Part shown: piece after piece, positions 30,891 through 40,450 of the stretch
Position numbering within the stretch: position 1 is the stretch's first letter
Layout of the letters: each line of letters starts with the position of its first letter
NCBI GenBank assembly: GCA_964431555.1
Contig: CAYSJW010000005.1
Coordinates: 15,215-79,214 of the forward strand
Source: an uncultured Gammaproteobacteria bacterium
Lineage (GTDB): Bacteria > Patescibacteriota > Microgenomatia > UBA8517
Reading direction: 5' to 3'
DNA length: 64,000 bases
Made by a program: the position numbers and the translations under genes
The notes under the pieces: model-generated
Seen by the model: only the letters and a program-made list of their open reading frames with translations
What the model was told of the DNA's origin: nothing
Databases searched by the model: none

Positions 30891-32118
30891 TTAAATATAA
30901 TGATCGTAAAAAAAGCCCAAATAACACTCTTTCTTCATCGTTAGGATCCTGTAGTACATCTGCATATGAAAGTGAAAAATCTAAATTACCTATAAAACAA
31001 ATCAAATGTAAACATTCTTCTAACCTTGCCCTATCTTCATAGTCAATATTTCTTTTTCGAAATAAATCTCTAGTATTAGCCATAATTACATTAAATAACT
31101 TTCTTCCAATACGAATATTAGTCGGTAATTTTTCAAATGCTTCTCTTAAAAATTTCTCAGCCTGAGATAATCTTTCAGCTTTTGATTTACTTCCCCACCT
31201 AGGATCTATTAACGTTGTAGCAAGCAACTCTTTGAACCTAGGATTATCTGGATCTCTATTAATTAAACTTTCTAATATTCCTCTAGCCATATTTAATCTA
31301 TTAATTGCTGATCTTTTTCCTTCCCACCTAGGATCTATTAACGTTGTAGCAAGCAACTCTTTGAACCTAGGATTATCATCTGGATCACTATTAGCTACTC
31401 CATCTAATAATATCTGTTGTGCTGTTTGAAACAAATTTGGATTATAAGACGATTGGAAAACGTGGCTTTTAGTTGTAAGTAAAAGTGCTAACACCTCTCT
31501 AACACCTTCAATTCTTACCCCTTCTATCCCCGATAATAATCTTTCTACTTGCTCTCTATGTTTTTCATTATAATAACGAACAAAATGTAAGTTTTCCATA
31601 CAAATTAGACATTCAGCCATTTCTATTACTTTTCCAGTCTCATTCCCTCTATCTCTGTTAGATCTCAAACCTTCATAAATAATATCAAATTTTCTTTTGT
31701 AATATCCTAATAACAACTGATCCAACACTAATTCAGCTGCCACTAGAAGATGAGCTTTTGCTTTTTCTTCCTCCCAAACGTCTGTCAAATATCTTATCGA
31801 AGAAAAGTTGTCTTTAATTCTTTCCAAGAATGATTCAGGATAAAATATTCTTAGATCAGAAGATAACTCTTCCAAACTAATTACTGCTACATCCTCAAAA
31901 ATAATTTCTGCCATATTTCTCCATAAGTTTTCTTCTAATGAATTTCTAGATAAAATTTCTCTCAATCTTCTTTTAGCATCTTCTGGAGGAATTTGATATA
32001 AATCTCCTATCAAATATCCTCTTTTTGAAACTAGACTATCTTCATCTCTCTCAAACTTAACAATACGAGGGGGTTCTTCTAGTCCACTTTCAACTGCTAG
32101 AGTTTCATTATCTTTCAT
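30832..32118 (-). CDS. Hypothetical protein (428 aa) with an internal ~40-aa tandem duplication, flanked by ~140-bp direct repeats.
   Basis: Long ORF with an internal repeat DPD(D)NPRFKELLATTLIDPRW(E/G)(G/S)K.S (DNA 31187..31262 vs 31307..31382). No family is recognised. Confidence 0.6.
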   Translation of the reverse strand: MKDNETLAVESGLEEPPRIVKFERDEDSLVSKRGYLIGDLYQIPPEDAKRRLREILSRNSLEENLWRNMAEIIFEDVAVISLEELSSDLRIFYPESFLERIKDNFSSIRYLTDVWEEEKAKAHLLVAAELVLDQLLLGYYKRKFDIIYEGLRSNRDRGNETGKVIEMAECLICMENLHFVRYYNEKHREQVERLLSGIEGVRIEGVREVLALLLTTKSHVFQSSYNPNLFQTAQQILLDGVANSDPDDNPRFKELLATTLIDPRWEGKRSAINRLNMARGILESLINRDPDNPRFKELLATTLIDPRWGSKSKAERLSQAEKFLREAFEKLPTNIRIGRKLFNVIMANTRDLFRKRNIDYEDRARLEECLHLICFIGNLDFSLSYADVLQDPNDEERVLFGLFLRSLYLKSLEFKRRVNEKIGSNPTG

Positions 32119-32348
32119 CTTAGTTTAAAGCCATAAAAAATCTTATAGTTTTATATTATATATCATATTTTTCTGAAAATGTCCATTCTTTGTTCTGGCT
32201 AACCACATCGGTAATACTTTGAAAAAGTTTTGAATCACACCTTAGAGGTGAAATGCCTTCACACCTTGGGTTTTTACTTTCATTTCTCTTTCTTTCATTG
32301 AATATTTTTCTTTTTAGAAGGTGAGTATGAAGTTAAACTTCGTTAACA

Positions 32349-32572
32349 CCCGAAAGGTTTGAACCTATTCAACCCGTCGGGTTTGAACCTAAAGATAATT
32401 CCCCGGATCTTTATCGATAAAATTAAATACCCCAATTAAATAATTAAATACCCGAAAGGTTTGAACCTATTCAACCCGTCGGGTTTGAACCTATTTGAAC
32501 CTATTTTTTCATTAACTCTACGTTTAAATTCAAGAGATTGAACCTATTCAACCCGTCGGGTTTGAACCTATT
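32349..32572 (+). repeat. Direct repeat copy 2 (32391..32539) plus extra partial core copies (32349..32390, 32540..32572) of the CCCGAAAGGTTTGAACCTATTCAACCCGTCGGGTTTGAACC hairpin element.
   Basis: Near-identical to 30752..30890. The core contains a small palindrome AACCCGTCGGGTT. A diverged copy is at 56738..56790. Confidence 0.9.
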
Positions 32573-32763
32573 TAAATTTGTGAGATAAATCAAATCTAAT
32601 CAACCAGTGAGGTTGGAGCTTAATTAGAGAGATATCCCATAATCTTAAAACAAGAGCCACAGCTATTTTTGTTGCCTCAGCAAAGAGCAAAACCGCTTCT
32701 TGGTTTTAAAACAATACCTACACTGAACCTGCCAAAGTGTTCACACTGAGCTTGCCGAAGTGC

Positions 32764-32832
32764 TGCGGGGCAGGGATTCGAACCCCGATAACAGCTTCCA
32801 AAGAGCTGTGTCCTACCGTTAGACGACCCCGC
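32764..32832 (-). tRNA. tRNA-Gln (anticodon UUG). Ends are approximate.
   Basis: Reverse complement GCGGGGTCGTCTAACGGTAGGACACAGCTCTTTGGAAGCTGTTATCGGGGTTCGAATCCCTGCCCCGCA has anticodon stem CAGCT/AGCTG and loop CTTTGGA. Confidence 0.75.
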
Positions 32833-33195
32833 AATGTAATTTCAATTAAGTTAAATAAGCAGGTAAATTATAACAAAAGACCAGTCCTTTTAAAACTCGG
32901 ATAACAAAAATATATTTTGTTCAAAAAGATTTCGTATAAAACATAGTTTTCCAGCAAATTTCCTAAGTCAAAGGGCTTCTAAGCTAAAACATTTGAATTC
33001 AAGTCCTCCCGAGCTTATAAATCTAGCAGGTTCAAAAAAACCAAAAATTACCCACTGTTGGAAGCTAATCAACACCCGGTGTTGAGAAATACTCACTACT
33101 CACAACTAACAACTCACTACCAACTTCTTACATCCTACATCCAATTTCCTATTGCCTTAACACTTAATAATTTGTCCTAATCTTCAATACCTAAG

Positions 33196-33267
33196 TGAGC
33201 CCAGAGGGATTCGAACCCCCAACCAACTCCTTAAAAGGGAGCTGCTCTACCATTGAGCTATGGGCCC
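33196..33267 (-). tRNA. tRNA-Lys (anticodon UUU).
   Basis: Reverse complement GGGCCCATAGCTCAATGGTAGAGCAGCTCCCTTTTAAGGAGTTGGTTGGGGGTTCGAATCCCTCTGGGCTCA has anticodon loop CTTTTAA. Confidence 0.85.
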
Positions 33268-33268
33268 G

Positions 33269-33340
33269 TGACCCCACCGGGAGTCGAACCCGGGTTTGCA
33301 CCTTGAAAGGGTGCCGTCCTAACCATTAGACGATAGGGCC
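33269..33340 (-). tRNA. tRNA-Glu (anticodon UUC).
   Basis: Reverse complement GGCCCTATCGTCTAATGGTTAGGACGGCACCCTTTCAAGGTGCAAACCCGGGTTCGACTCCCGGTGGGGTCA has anticodon loop CTTTCAA. It is directly adjacent to tRNA-Lys. Confidence 0.85.
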
Positions 33341-33401
33341 TCAAAATAATCAAGGTGTGTATATTTTATCATTTGATATCATTTAATGCTACAATTAACA
33401 G

Positions 33402-33935
33402 ATGAATAAACTAAACGCCAAACAACTAAGAGTATCCAAGCCCAATCCAGAGGAATTGAAAAAAATAAAAAGAAATCCAATCTACCTTGTCCTAGATAAG
33501 GTGGTCGACACCTACAATATTGGCTCGCTTTTTAGATTAGCCGATGCCGTTGCAGTAGAAAAAATCTACCTTTGCGGTGAAATGGAGTATCCCCCATCGT
33601 CAAGAATTCACAAAGCCGCAGTTGGTACAGAAAATTGGGTACCCTGGGAAAAGGAAGATTCAACTATCGAACTAATCAAAAAATTAAAAAGTCAAAACAT
33701 TCAAATCATCGCCATCGAACAAGATCCGCGATCTATAGCCTACTCCCAATTAAATAATTTCCTAAATTTTCCCTGCGCACTCATCGTCGGCAATGAAACC
33801 AAAGGTATAGAAAAAGAAGTTCTTGAAGAAGCAGATATTATAGTTGAACTTCCAATGCTTGGCATAAACAAATCTTTTAATACTTGGGGATCAGCCGCGG
33901 TAATTGTTTATAAAGCATTAGAAAGATTACTTTAG
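33402..33935 (+). CDS. SpoU/TrmH-family RNA 2'-O-methyltransferase.
   Basis: LVLDKVVDTYNIGSLFRLADAVAV (motif I), LIVGNETKGI (motif II) and VELPMLGINKSFNTWGSAAVIVYKA (motif III). Confidence 0.85.
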   Translation: MNKLNAKQLRVSKPNPEELKKIKRNPIYLVLDKVVDTYNIGSLFRLADAVAVEKIYLCGEMEYPPSSRIHKAAVGTENWVPWEKEDSTIELIKKLKSQNIQIIAIEQDPRSIAYSQLNNFLNFPCALIVGNETKGIEKEVLEEADIIVELPMLGINKSFNTWGSAAVIVYKALERLL

Positions 33936-34007
33936 CAGTTTTCAAAACAAATTCTTTTTTAAGTCAAATAGAAGATTCACTAAATACCAACTGCTAAATA
34001 CTAAATT

Positions 34008-34895
34008 CTACTTAAGAGCTTCATCCACTATTGGTTTCATTTGATCCCAACTATAAGCTCCAGCAAAATTAGTGGCGTTAACAAAAAAACCCGGAGTTCC
34101 TCTAACCCCTAAACTCGCAGCCAGCGCCATATCACTAGTCAATCTTTCATCATACTTACCGCTGTCCAAACACTTCTTTAACTTATCAGAATCAATTGCT
34201 GACTTTAAAAAATTAGCCAATTCCTGCGATTTAGTTTTGTCGTTTTTTACAGTGTTATTAATAAAATCATACCCAGCACTGGTCATCAAAAGATCGTGAA
34301 CCTGCCAAAACTTACCCATATCATAAGCGCAATACAACGCTTTCTGCGCCACTTCCCCTGCACCATGACCGTTTTGATAAATATAGACATACCCAGCTTT
34401 ACCGCTCTCAATCAATTTCCTCATTTCCTCAACCGGCGAAACATAGGTTCCTCCATCAGCCACCAATGTGAACCTTTGCCACTGTTCCTTATTTTCTTCT
34501 GCTTTCTTATCAGGAAAACTTTCCTGCCATCTTTTTTTGTAACTTTCATCAACTTGCTTATTAAGTTCAGAATTTTTTCCCGAAGCAATATGACAGAAAG
34601 GACAAGAAGGATCGGAGATTTCCACAAAAAGAACCTTCTTTTTTGCATCACCAAATTTGATTAAATCTTTGCTAAACAAATCCTTAATTTGCTCGATGGT
34701 GACATTACCTCCACCTTCCTGATCCTGACTTCCAGCAACCTTTGTATTAGAGCCAGTTTGTGTACCGGCTACATTCTTAGATTCTAAATTACTGACCTTT
34801 TGCCAAAGCACACCTACTAAAAAAGCTAAAACTATTGTTGCCAGAAGCAAAACCGGAACAAACTTTTCAAGAAGACCCTGCGATTTTACAGACAT
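34008..34895 (-). CDS. Membrane-anchored DsbA-like thiol:disulfide oxidoreductase.
   Basis: N-terminal TM; thioredoxin-fold active site KVLFVEISDPSCPFCHIASG (CPFC); C-terminal DsbA-like helical region. Confidence 0.75.
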   Translation of the reverse strand: MSVKSQGLLEKFVPVLLLATIVLAFLVGVLWQKVSNLESKNVAGTQTGSNTKVAGSQDQEGGGNVTIEQIKDLFSKDLIKFGDAKKKVLFVEISDPSCPFCHIASGKNSELNKQVDESYKKRWQESFPDKKAEENKEQWQRFTLVADGGTYVSPVEEMRKLIESGKAGYVYIYQNGHGAGEVAQKALYCAYDMGKFWQVHDLLMTSAGYDFINNTVKNDKTKSQELANFLKSAIDSDKLKKCLDSGKYDERLTSDMALAASLGVRGTPGFFVNATNFAGAYSWDQMKPIVDEALK

Positions 34896-35124
34896 ATTTT
34901 CTAACTATTTAAAAATCAGCTTTTTATTAGATCAAAAATCAAAGCTGCAATATCGTTTATTAAACACAAAAAAATAAATTTAGTCAACCACCAATATTTG
35001 CCTTCCCAAAAGAATAAAACAGATTTTCTTAATCCACTTAAACTTCTACACTTACTTGCCAAAGACCGCGGCTTACATTTAAATATCCAGCAAAAATACT
35101 AACTATCACTTTCAGAGTTTATAA

Positions 35125-36120
35125 TTACCAAGATGGAGTTGACTTATCAAGATATTTTAAAACATCCATACCTGCCTGACAACCAAAACCAGAGGCTGTA
35201 ATTGCCTGGCGGTATAAAAAGTCATGCACATCCCCGGCAACAAAAACACCATCAATATTGGTTGCGGTTGTAAAACCCAATTTTGGGATAGTCTTAATAT
35301 AACCTTTTTCATCCAAAGTAAGCTTATCCATGAAAATACTTGTTGCAGGCGTATGCCCAATTGCAACAAAAACTCCATCCAATAAAATCTCGCTTAATTT
35401 TCCAGTTTTCGTGTCTCTCAGCTTAACTTTTTCTAATTTATTCTTACCTATAAAACTAACTACCTCTTTATTCCAAATTATCTTTATCTTGCCTTCTTTC
35501 TCCAAAGAAAAGACTTTTTCTTGCATAGCAAAAGATGCTCTAAATTGGTCTCTTCTATGAATAATGAATACTTTATTTGCATATTTTGTTAATATTAGTG
35601 ATTCCTCCATTGCCGCATCCCCTCCCCCAACAACAGCAACTTTTTTCCCTTTGAAAAAAGGTGCATCACAGGGAGCGCATGATGAAATTCCCCTCCCTCT
35701 TAACCTTTCCTCTCCAGGAACTCCAAGCCATTTAGTTTGAGCACCCGTTGCTATAATAACAGCCTTGGCTAAATACTCCTCATCACCTACATAAATTTTT
35801 TTCGGAGTAACAGAAAAATCCACCCGGCTAACATCTTTTTCTATAAACAAAGCTCCAAATTTTTCAGCTTGCTTCCTCATCCTCTGCATTAGTTCAGGCC
35901 CCTGTATCCCTTCGGGAAAACCCGGAAAATTGTCAACTTGAGTAGTAAGCATTAGTTGACCTCCCCAACTGCTCCCCGCAAAAATAATAGTCGAAGCAGC
36001 TCCCCTAGTTGTATATATCGAAGCAGTCAACGATGCAGGTCCTGAACCGATTATTGCAACATCCCAAGGCTCACCACTTTTAGGTTTTGGAGCAGAAAAC
36101 AGTTTTTTATCAACAGACAT
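35125..36120 (-). CDS. trxB: Thioredoxin-disulfide reductase.
   Basis: FAD motif VAIIGSGPASL, redox-active SCAPCDA and NADPH motif VAVVGGGDAAMEE. Confidence 0.9.
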   Translation of the reverse strand: MSVDKKLFSAPKPKSGEPWDVAIIGSGPASLTASIYTTRGAASTIIFAGSSWGGQLMLTTQVDNFPGFPEGIQGPELMQRMRKQAEKFGALFIEKDVSRVDFSVTPKKIYVGDEEYLAKAVIIATGAQTKWLGVPGEERLRGRGISSCAPCDAPFFKGKKVAVVGGGDAAMEESLILTKYANKVFIIHRRDQFRASFAMQEKVFSLEKEGKIKIIWNKEVVSFIGKNKLEKVKLRDTKTGKLSEILLDGVFVAIGHTPATSIFMDKLTLDEKGYIKTIPKLGFTTATNIDGVFVAGDVHDFLYRQAITASGFGCQAGMDVLKYLDKSTPSW

Positions 36121-36169
36121 AACAACAATAAATATCCTTTGTTAAAGATTTCTACTGAGGAAATCAAAA

Positions 36170-36688
36170 TTATCCCGACAATCCCGAACCTACCGATCCA
36201 CCTTCACTTGCATCTTCATCATTACTAGTATCCGACACAGACGATTGTTTTCCAAATGACGGTGTTACCGACGCTTCAGGAGCTTGAGTTTCTTCATCTA
36301 AGGAAAAACTTGAGCTTCCACCCGGCGAATTATCTTCCATACTTCCCCCAAATGGACTTACTGGTTCAGTAACAGACAAAGTTGGAGACTCATCAACTTT
36401 AGGTGAAACTGTTTTCTCCTCTTCCACCTCTGGCACTTGAGATATACTTGCTTTAGAATAATCATCTGTCAAATTACTCCCTCCAACATTTGGGGTACTC
36501 CCCAAAGGCTGTGTCACCACCGGCTTTTGAGAAACCGTACTAACTAAAGATGGATCAACTGATTCTTCAGCAACCGGCTTCCCTGTTACATCATCACCTA
36601 CCGCAGTAACTGTAGTATCCGTAACAACTCCACCAGTAGCATCAGCTTGTGTAGGTTGTTTTTTATCAAAAAGACCCAAAAAACTCAC
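36170..36688 (-). CDS. Acidic Ser/Thr/Pro-rich low-complexity hypothetical protein.
   Basis: 172-aa ORF dominated by S, T, V, D, E and P, with no TM segment. Confidence 0.4.
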   Translation of the reverse strand: MSFLGLFDKKQPTQADATGGVVTDTTVTAVGDDVTGKPVAEESVDPSLVSTVSQKPVVTQPLGSTPNVGGSNLTDDYSKASISQVPEVEEEKTVSPKVDESPTLSVTEPVSPFGGSMEDNSPGGSSSFSLDEETQAPEASVTPSFGKQSSVSDTSNDEDASEGGSVGSGLSG

Positions 36689-36711
36689 CCCCTCCCAAAA
36701 ATTTAACTAAC

Positions 36712-37032
36712 CTATAAAGCTTTTTTGATCAAATTCTCAAAATTATCCCTTCCAGCAAAACCTATTTGTCTACCTATTTCCTCTCCATTTTTGAAAAGAA
36801 TTGTTGTTGGAATAGACATCACCCCATACTTCGGTGCAGTTGATTGATTTTCATCAATATTTATCTTTACCACAACAACCTTTCCTTCATACTCATTAGA
36901 AAGTTCTTCTAAAACTGGTTCTGCCATCTTACAAGGACCACACCAAGGAGCCCAGAAATCAACCAGAACAGGAGTTTTTGACTTTAACACCTTTTCTTCA
37001 AAATCCGAGTCTGTTATATCAATTGTTGCCAT
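36712..37032 (-). CDS. trxA: Thioredoxin. The tracked ORF extends to 37101, but the likely start is MATIDITDS at 37032.
   Basis: VLVDFWAPWCGPCKMAEPVLEEL is the canonical WCGPC active site; ~107 aa from the internal Met. Confidence 0.9.
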   Translation of the reverse strand: MATIDITDSDFEEKVLKSKTPVLVDFWAPWCGPCKMAEPVLEELSNEYEGKVVVVKINIDENQSTAPKYGVMSIPTTILFKNGEEIGRQIGFAGRDNFENLIKKAL

Positions 37033-37249
37033 AATAATAATTAAAACTTCTATTCGATAATATTTGATAATCTTTCGCTTCAAACTATAACCCTTTTTCA
37101 ATTAGATAGTCAATAAGCAAAGTAACAATTGATAAATCTTTTACAGGTTTTACATATAAAAAAATGAAATTTAAATTTATTCTCAAAAACTTTTCAGTCC
37201 GAGAATTGTCAAAAACAAAATGTTAATGAAGTCACCAAAAAATTATAGA

Positions 37250-37471
37250 CTACTTAGCCCTAAAAAAAATTGAAATTAAAAACGAGAGAATAATACTAAT
37301 TATTATTGAAGTCGCCAAAGGAGCATAAAAAGTAAAATTATCCTTCTTTATCAAAATATCTCCAGGCAGCTTTCCCAAAAAAGGAACTTTTTCGGAAAAA
37401 AGAAAAAACAAACCAATTAAAATTAGAAAAAAACCCAGCAAAATTGCAAATTTGCCAAAATCTTGAATCAT
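37250..37471 (-). CDS. Small two-TM membrane protein (DUF2905-like).
   Basis: 73 aa, two hydrophobic helices and a KLPGDI motif. Confidence 0.4.
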   Translation of the reverse strand: MIQDFGKFAILLGFFLILIGLFFLFSEKVPFLGKLPGDILIKKDNFTFYAPLATSIIISIILSFLISIFFRAK

Positions 37472-37638
37472 AAATCAAAAGGTTTCCTTAAACTTTAGAT
37501 ATTTTAGCAAAAGCTATAATTTTAAACTAGATCTTATTATACGGATTATCGCTAAATAAACTTCATGAATTTAAACTTGCCGAATATTCATTTTCTGTTA
37601 AAATAAAACTTCAATAATAGTATAATTAAAAACCTAAC

Positions 37639-38013
37639 ATGACAAAAAGTTCTCTCTTTTTCCTTACCGCAACATTTACTATCATAATACTGGGAACTTT
37701 TTTCTTAAGTAAAAAAGGCAATCAATCAAACACCAATGTTTCTCCAACCTCCTACGAATATTTTTGGAGTGACACATGTCCTCACTGCAGCAACGTAGCA
37801 AAGTTTATAGAAACATGGGAGAAAAAAGACACTTTTAAAATGGAAAAAATTGAAATTAACAAATCATCAGAAAACACACAACTTTTCCTAGAAAGGGGTA
37901 CACAAATCTGCAAAATATCCAGAAATAAACTAGGGGTTCCTCTTTTGGTTACTCCCGAAGGTAAATGTTTCTTCGGAGACCAGCCGATAATAGAATTTCT
38001 CAAAAGTATTTGA
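37639..38013 (+). CDS. Exported thioredoxin-fold protein with a CPHC active site.
   Basis: N-terminal TM/signal then YEYFWSDTCPHCSNVAKFIETWEK (CxxC in thioredoxin context). 124 aa. Confidence 0.6.
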   Translation: MTKSSLFFLTATFTIIILGTFFLSKKGNQSNTNVSPTSYEYFWSDTCPHCSNVAKFIETWEKKDTFKMEKIEINKSSENTQLFLERGTQICKISRNKLGVPLLVTPEGKCFFGDQPIIEFLKSI

Positions 38014-38017
38014 CACC

Positions 38018-38569
38018 ATGAGCCATAAATTAAATTTAACTAAAATTTCCGTATTATCTCTCACCTTCCTATCAATACTAATTTTTAGTCTTTTCCTGAT
38101 TGTCCCGACAGCTTTTGCCGTCTGTCCGATATGTACCGTTGCAGTCGGAGCCGGTCTTGGACTTTCCCGATACCTTGGAATAGATGATACCATAACCTCA
38201 ATTTGGATTGGAGGTCTTTTAATCTCGTCCTATTTTTGGCTTTTGGACATTTTACAAAGGAAAAAAACAAAATTTCCCATCCACAAGTATCGATACCTTA
38301 TTTTTTCAATTCTTTACGGTTTAGTCTTAATACCACTTTGGCTAGGAGGTTTTATAGGACATCCTTTCAACACAATCTTGGGTATAGATAAAATAATCTT
38401 TGGTACCTTCCTGGGAACAGTTACATTTCTAACAGGAGTTTGGTTAGACAAAAAAGTCCGTCAAATTAAAGGTAAACAACTTTTTCTATACCAGAAAGTA
38501 GTCTTTCCACTTTCAACTCTTGTATTAACTAGCCTTATTATTTATTATTACGGAGGATATTTGTACTAA
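38018..38569 (+). CDS. Polytopic membrane protein with a CPIC motif at a membrane boundary (candidate redox partner of the CPHC protein).
   Basis: IVPTAFAVCPICTVAVGAGL followed by 4-5 hydrophobic helices. It starts 5 nt after the stop of the CPHC gene. Confidence 0.4.
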   Translation: MSHKLNLTKISVLSLTFLSILIFSLFLIVPTAFAVCPICTVAVGAGLGLSRYLGIDDTITSIWIGGLLISSYFWLLDILQRKKTKFPIHKYRYLIFSILYGLVLIPLWLGGFIGHPFNTILGIDKIIFGTFLGTVTFLTGVWLDKKVRQIKGKQLFLYQKVVFPLSTLVLTSLIIYYYGGYLY

Positions 38570-38590
38570 TTCAAGATCGTTTAATAACCC

Positions 38591-39169
38591 TTGAAGAAAA
38601 TCACTTTTCTAAATATGAAAAACAAAAATGAAATCAAATTGCTTTTAGAAAAAGTAGAAAAAGTGGTTTCCAAAAAGGAACTTGATCTCTCTTCTGGCGA
38701 AGACCTATCCATAGGTATTATGAATCTTATTTCGATTGAAGAGCATCTTTTCTTCACTTCTCAAAAAACCAAAGGCAAAAAATATCTAAACTTGCTTAAT
38801 GAAGTACGCAAAATGCGCACAGAACTACTAAAAGAAATAATAAAAGATTATGAAGGTGAAGTATGGTGCATAAGTAAACATCTTCTTGCCGCTTGCATGA
38901 GAATAATGGAGGTGGGAACAAAAGAACTCAAGAAAGGCAATAAGCAAAAGGCTTGGAATCTTTTTGAAAAATCTTACAAACTTTACTCCCTCTTTTGGGG
39001 ATTAAACCTAAAAGTTGTCAAAATACCAGATACTAAACTACCAAAAACTGATGAGGAAATGATAAATTTTATTAGTGATAAAGACGACAAGATCATAAAA
39101 AACAAGGAATCCGTTTTTTCAAAAATCGAAAGACTGATCCAAAAGGCAGTTGACTGCTGCAAAGAATAA
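38591..39169 (+). CDS. Hypothetical protein.
   Basis: 192-aa ORF, charged and helical, with no motifs. Confidence 0.4.
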   Translation: MKKITFLNMKNKNEIKLLLEKVEKVVSKKELDLSSGEDLSIGIMNLISIEEHLFFTSQKTKGKKYLNLLNEVRKMRTELLKEIIKDYEGEVWCISKHLLAACMRIMEVGTKELKKGNKQKAWNLFEKSYKLYSLFWGLNLKVVKIPDTKLPKTDEEMINFISDKDDKIIKNKESVFSKIERLIQKAVDCCKE

Positions 39170-39232
39170 GTATTTCTTAAGTCTTATACTTTTATTTAAA
39201 ATAATTTTTTAAGCTGCCACCTTTTTAAAGTC

Positions 39233-39769
39233 ATGAATTTCTATATCTTTCGTCACGGTGAAACTTTCTTTACAAAACACGATCTTCCCTACTATGAAAA
39301 TTTAGCCAAAACCGCAGATATTCTTCCTGAAGCAAGGGCTCCCATTACAAAAATGGCCAAATATCTAAAAAAAATCCCAACTGACGCAAATTTTACATCA
39401 CCCTACCGAAGATGTATTCAAACAACCAAGATCATTGAAAAAATAACCGGTAAAAGATTCAAAAGGGAGAAAAATTTACGCGACTTTTATTCGGAGTCTT
39501 TTAACAAAATGCTAAAAAGAATCTCCAACTTTTTAAAAAAAATAAACAACCAAAAATACCAAAGCGTAGCAATTTGTTCTCACGGATTTCCCATCGCCAT
39601 CTTGACTAGCCTGATTACCAAAGGAAAATTCACTCTCAAGGAACTCAATTCATACCCTAAACCGGGAGTATTAATATGCATAGAAAACGGAAAAATAAGA
39701 AAAATTAACTTCAATCTAGAAGAAAAACCCAAAATAGGAAAACACCAAAAAATTAAAAACCAAAAATAA
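39233..39769 (+). CDS. Histidine phosphatase family protein (phosphoglycerate-mutase-like).
   Basis: The N-terminus MNFYIFRHGETFF (RHGE catalytic motif) and a later CSHGFPI (His) fit the family. Confidence 0.7.
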   Translation: MNFYIFRHGETFFTKHDLPYYENLAKTADILPEARAPITKMAKYLKKIPTDANFTSPYRRCIQTTKIIEKITGKRFKREKNLRDFYSESFNKMLKRISNFLKKINNQKYQSVAICSHGFPIAILTSLITKGKFTLKELNSYPKPGVLICIENGKIRKINFNLEEKPKIGKHQKIKNQK

Positions 39770-40246
39770 AATCTTTTGCTGCCGATCTAAATCTAAGGGA
39801 AACCCTTCGTACCAACCGTCAATTGATCTTTTTTCCGCTAAATCAATTGCCTGATCCAAAATCAGGTGAAGCATAAATGCCAAAACCAAACCCATAGCCA
39901 GCAGAGTACCTGATGTAACCATCCACAAAGCAAAAACTAAAAGAAGAGTCTGAAATAGTGCGGAGTGAATCAAAAGCCCCCTTTTGCCAGAAAAGTATTG
40001 AAGAAGGTTTTCATAAGCTTTCAAAATCTTTTTCTGCGAAATTAAAGACTTGATATCCAGCGAAATTTTCTCTTGGGGTTTTAATAAATAAACATAAATT
40101 AGATAGTCAGAGAAAGGAAGAAGAAATCCTATCAAACCACCCACCCAAAAAGGAATAAACGACAAATTTAACCACCTTCTATAAACCGTAAACAAAATAA
40201 AAAAGGCAAAAAAGAAAACGATTTGGCTTGCCAATATCTTTTTCAT
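39716..40246 (-). CDS. Hypothetical polytopic membrane protein.
   Basis: 176-aa ORF with 4-5 hydrophobic helices. It overlaps the 3' end of the preceding plus-strand gene by ~50 nt. Confidence 0.4.
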   Translation of the reverse strand: MKKILASQIVFFFAFFILFTVYRRWLNLSFIPFWVGGLIGFLLPFSDYLIYVYLLKPQEKISLDIKSLISQKKILKAYENLLQYFSGKRGLLIHSALFQTLLLVFALWMVTSGTLLAMGLVLAFMLHLILDQAIDLAEKRSIDGWYEGFPLDLDRQQKILFLVFNFLVFSYFGFFF

Positions 40247-40450
40247 CCTACATTAATTATTCTTGCATCTTTTTCCCCTCATTAGCAAGCCCCTTGTAAA
40301 AAAATGCCCTTTTTAAAATCCTCTTAAAAAGTAATTCAATATCAACCTTTCCTTTCTATTAATTAAATCATCGGCAAGTAATTTATAAGTCTTGATCTTT
40401 TATTTTTTCATTCTTAAGCCCCATGTAAAACTACATCAACAAACTTCCAG

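Noticed and set aside
39716-39769. The 54-nt overlap between the convergent genes 39233..39769 (+) and 39716..40246 (-), considered as an annotation error.
   Set aside because: Short convergent 3' overlaps are common in compact genomes. Both ORFs have independent support (RHGE motif; TM helices), so both are kept.
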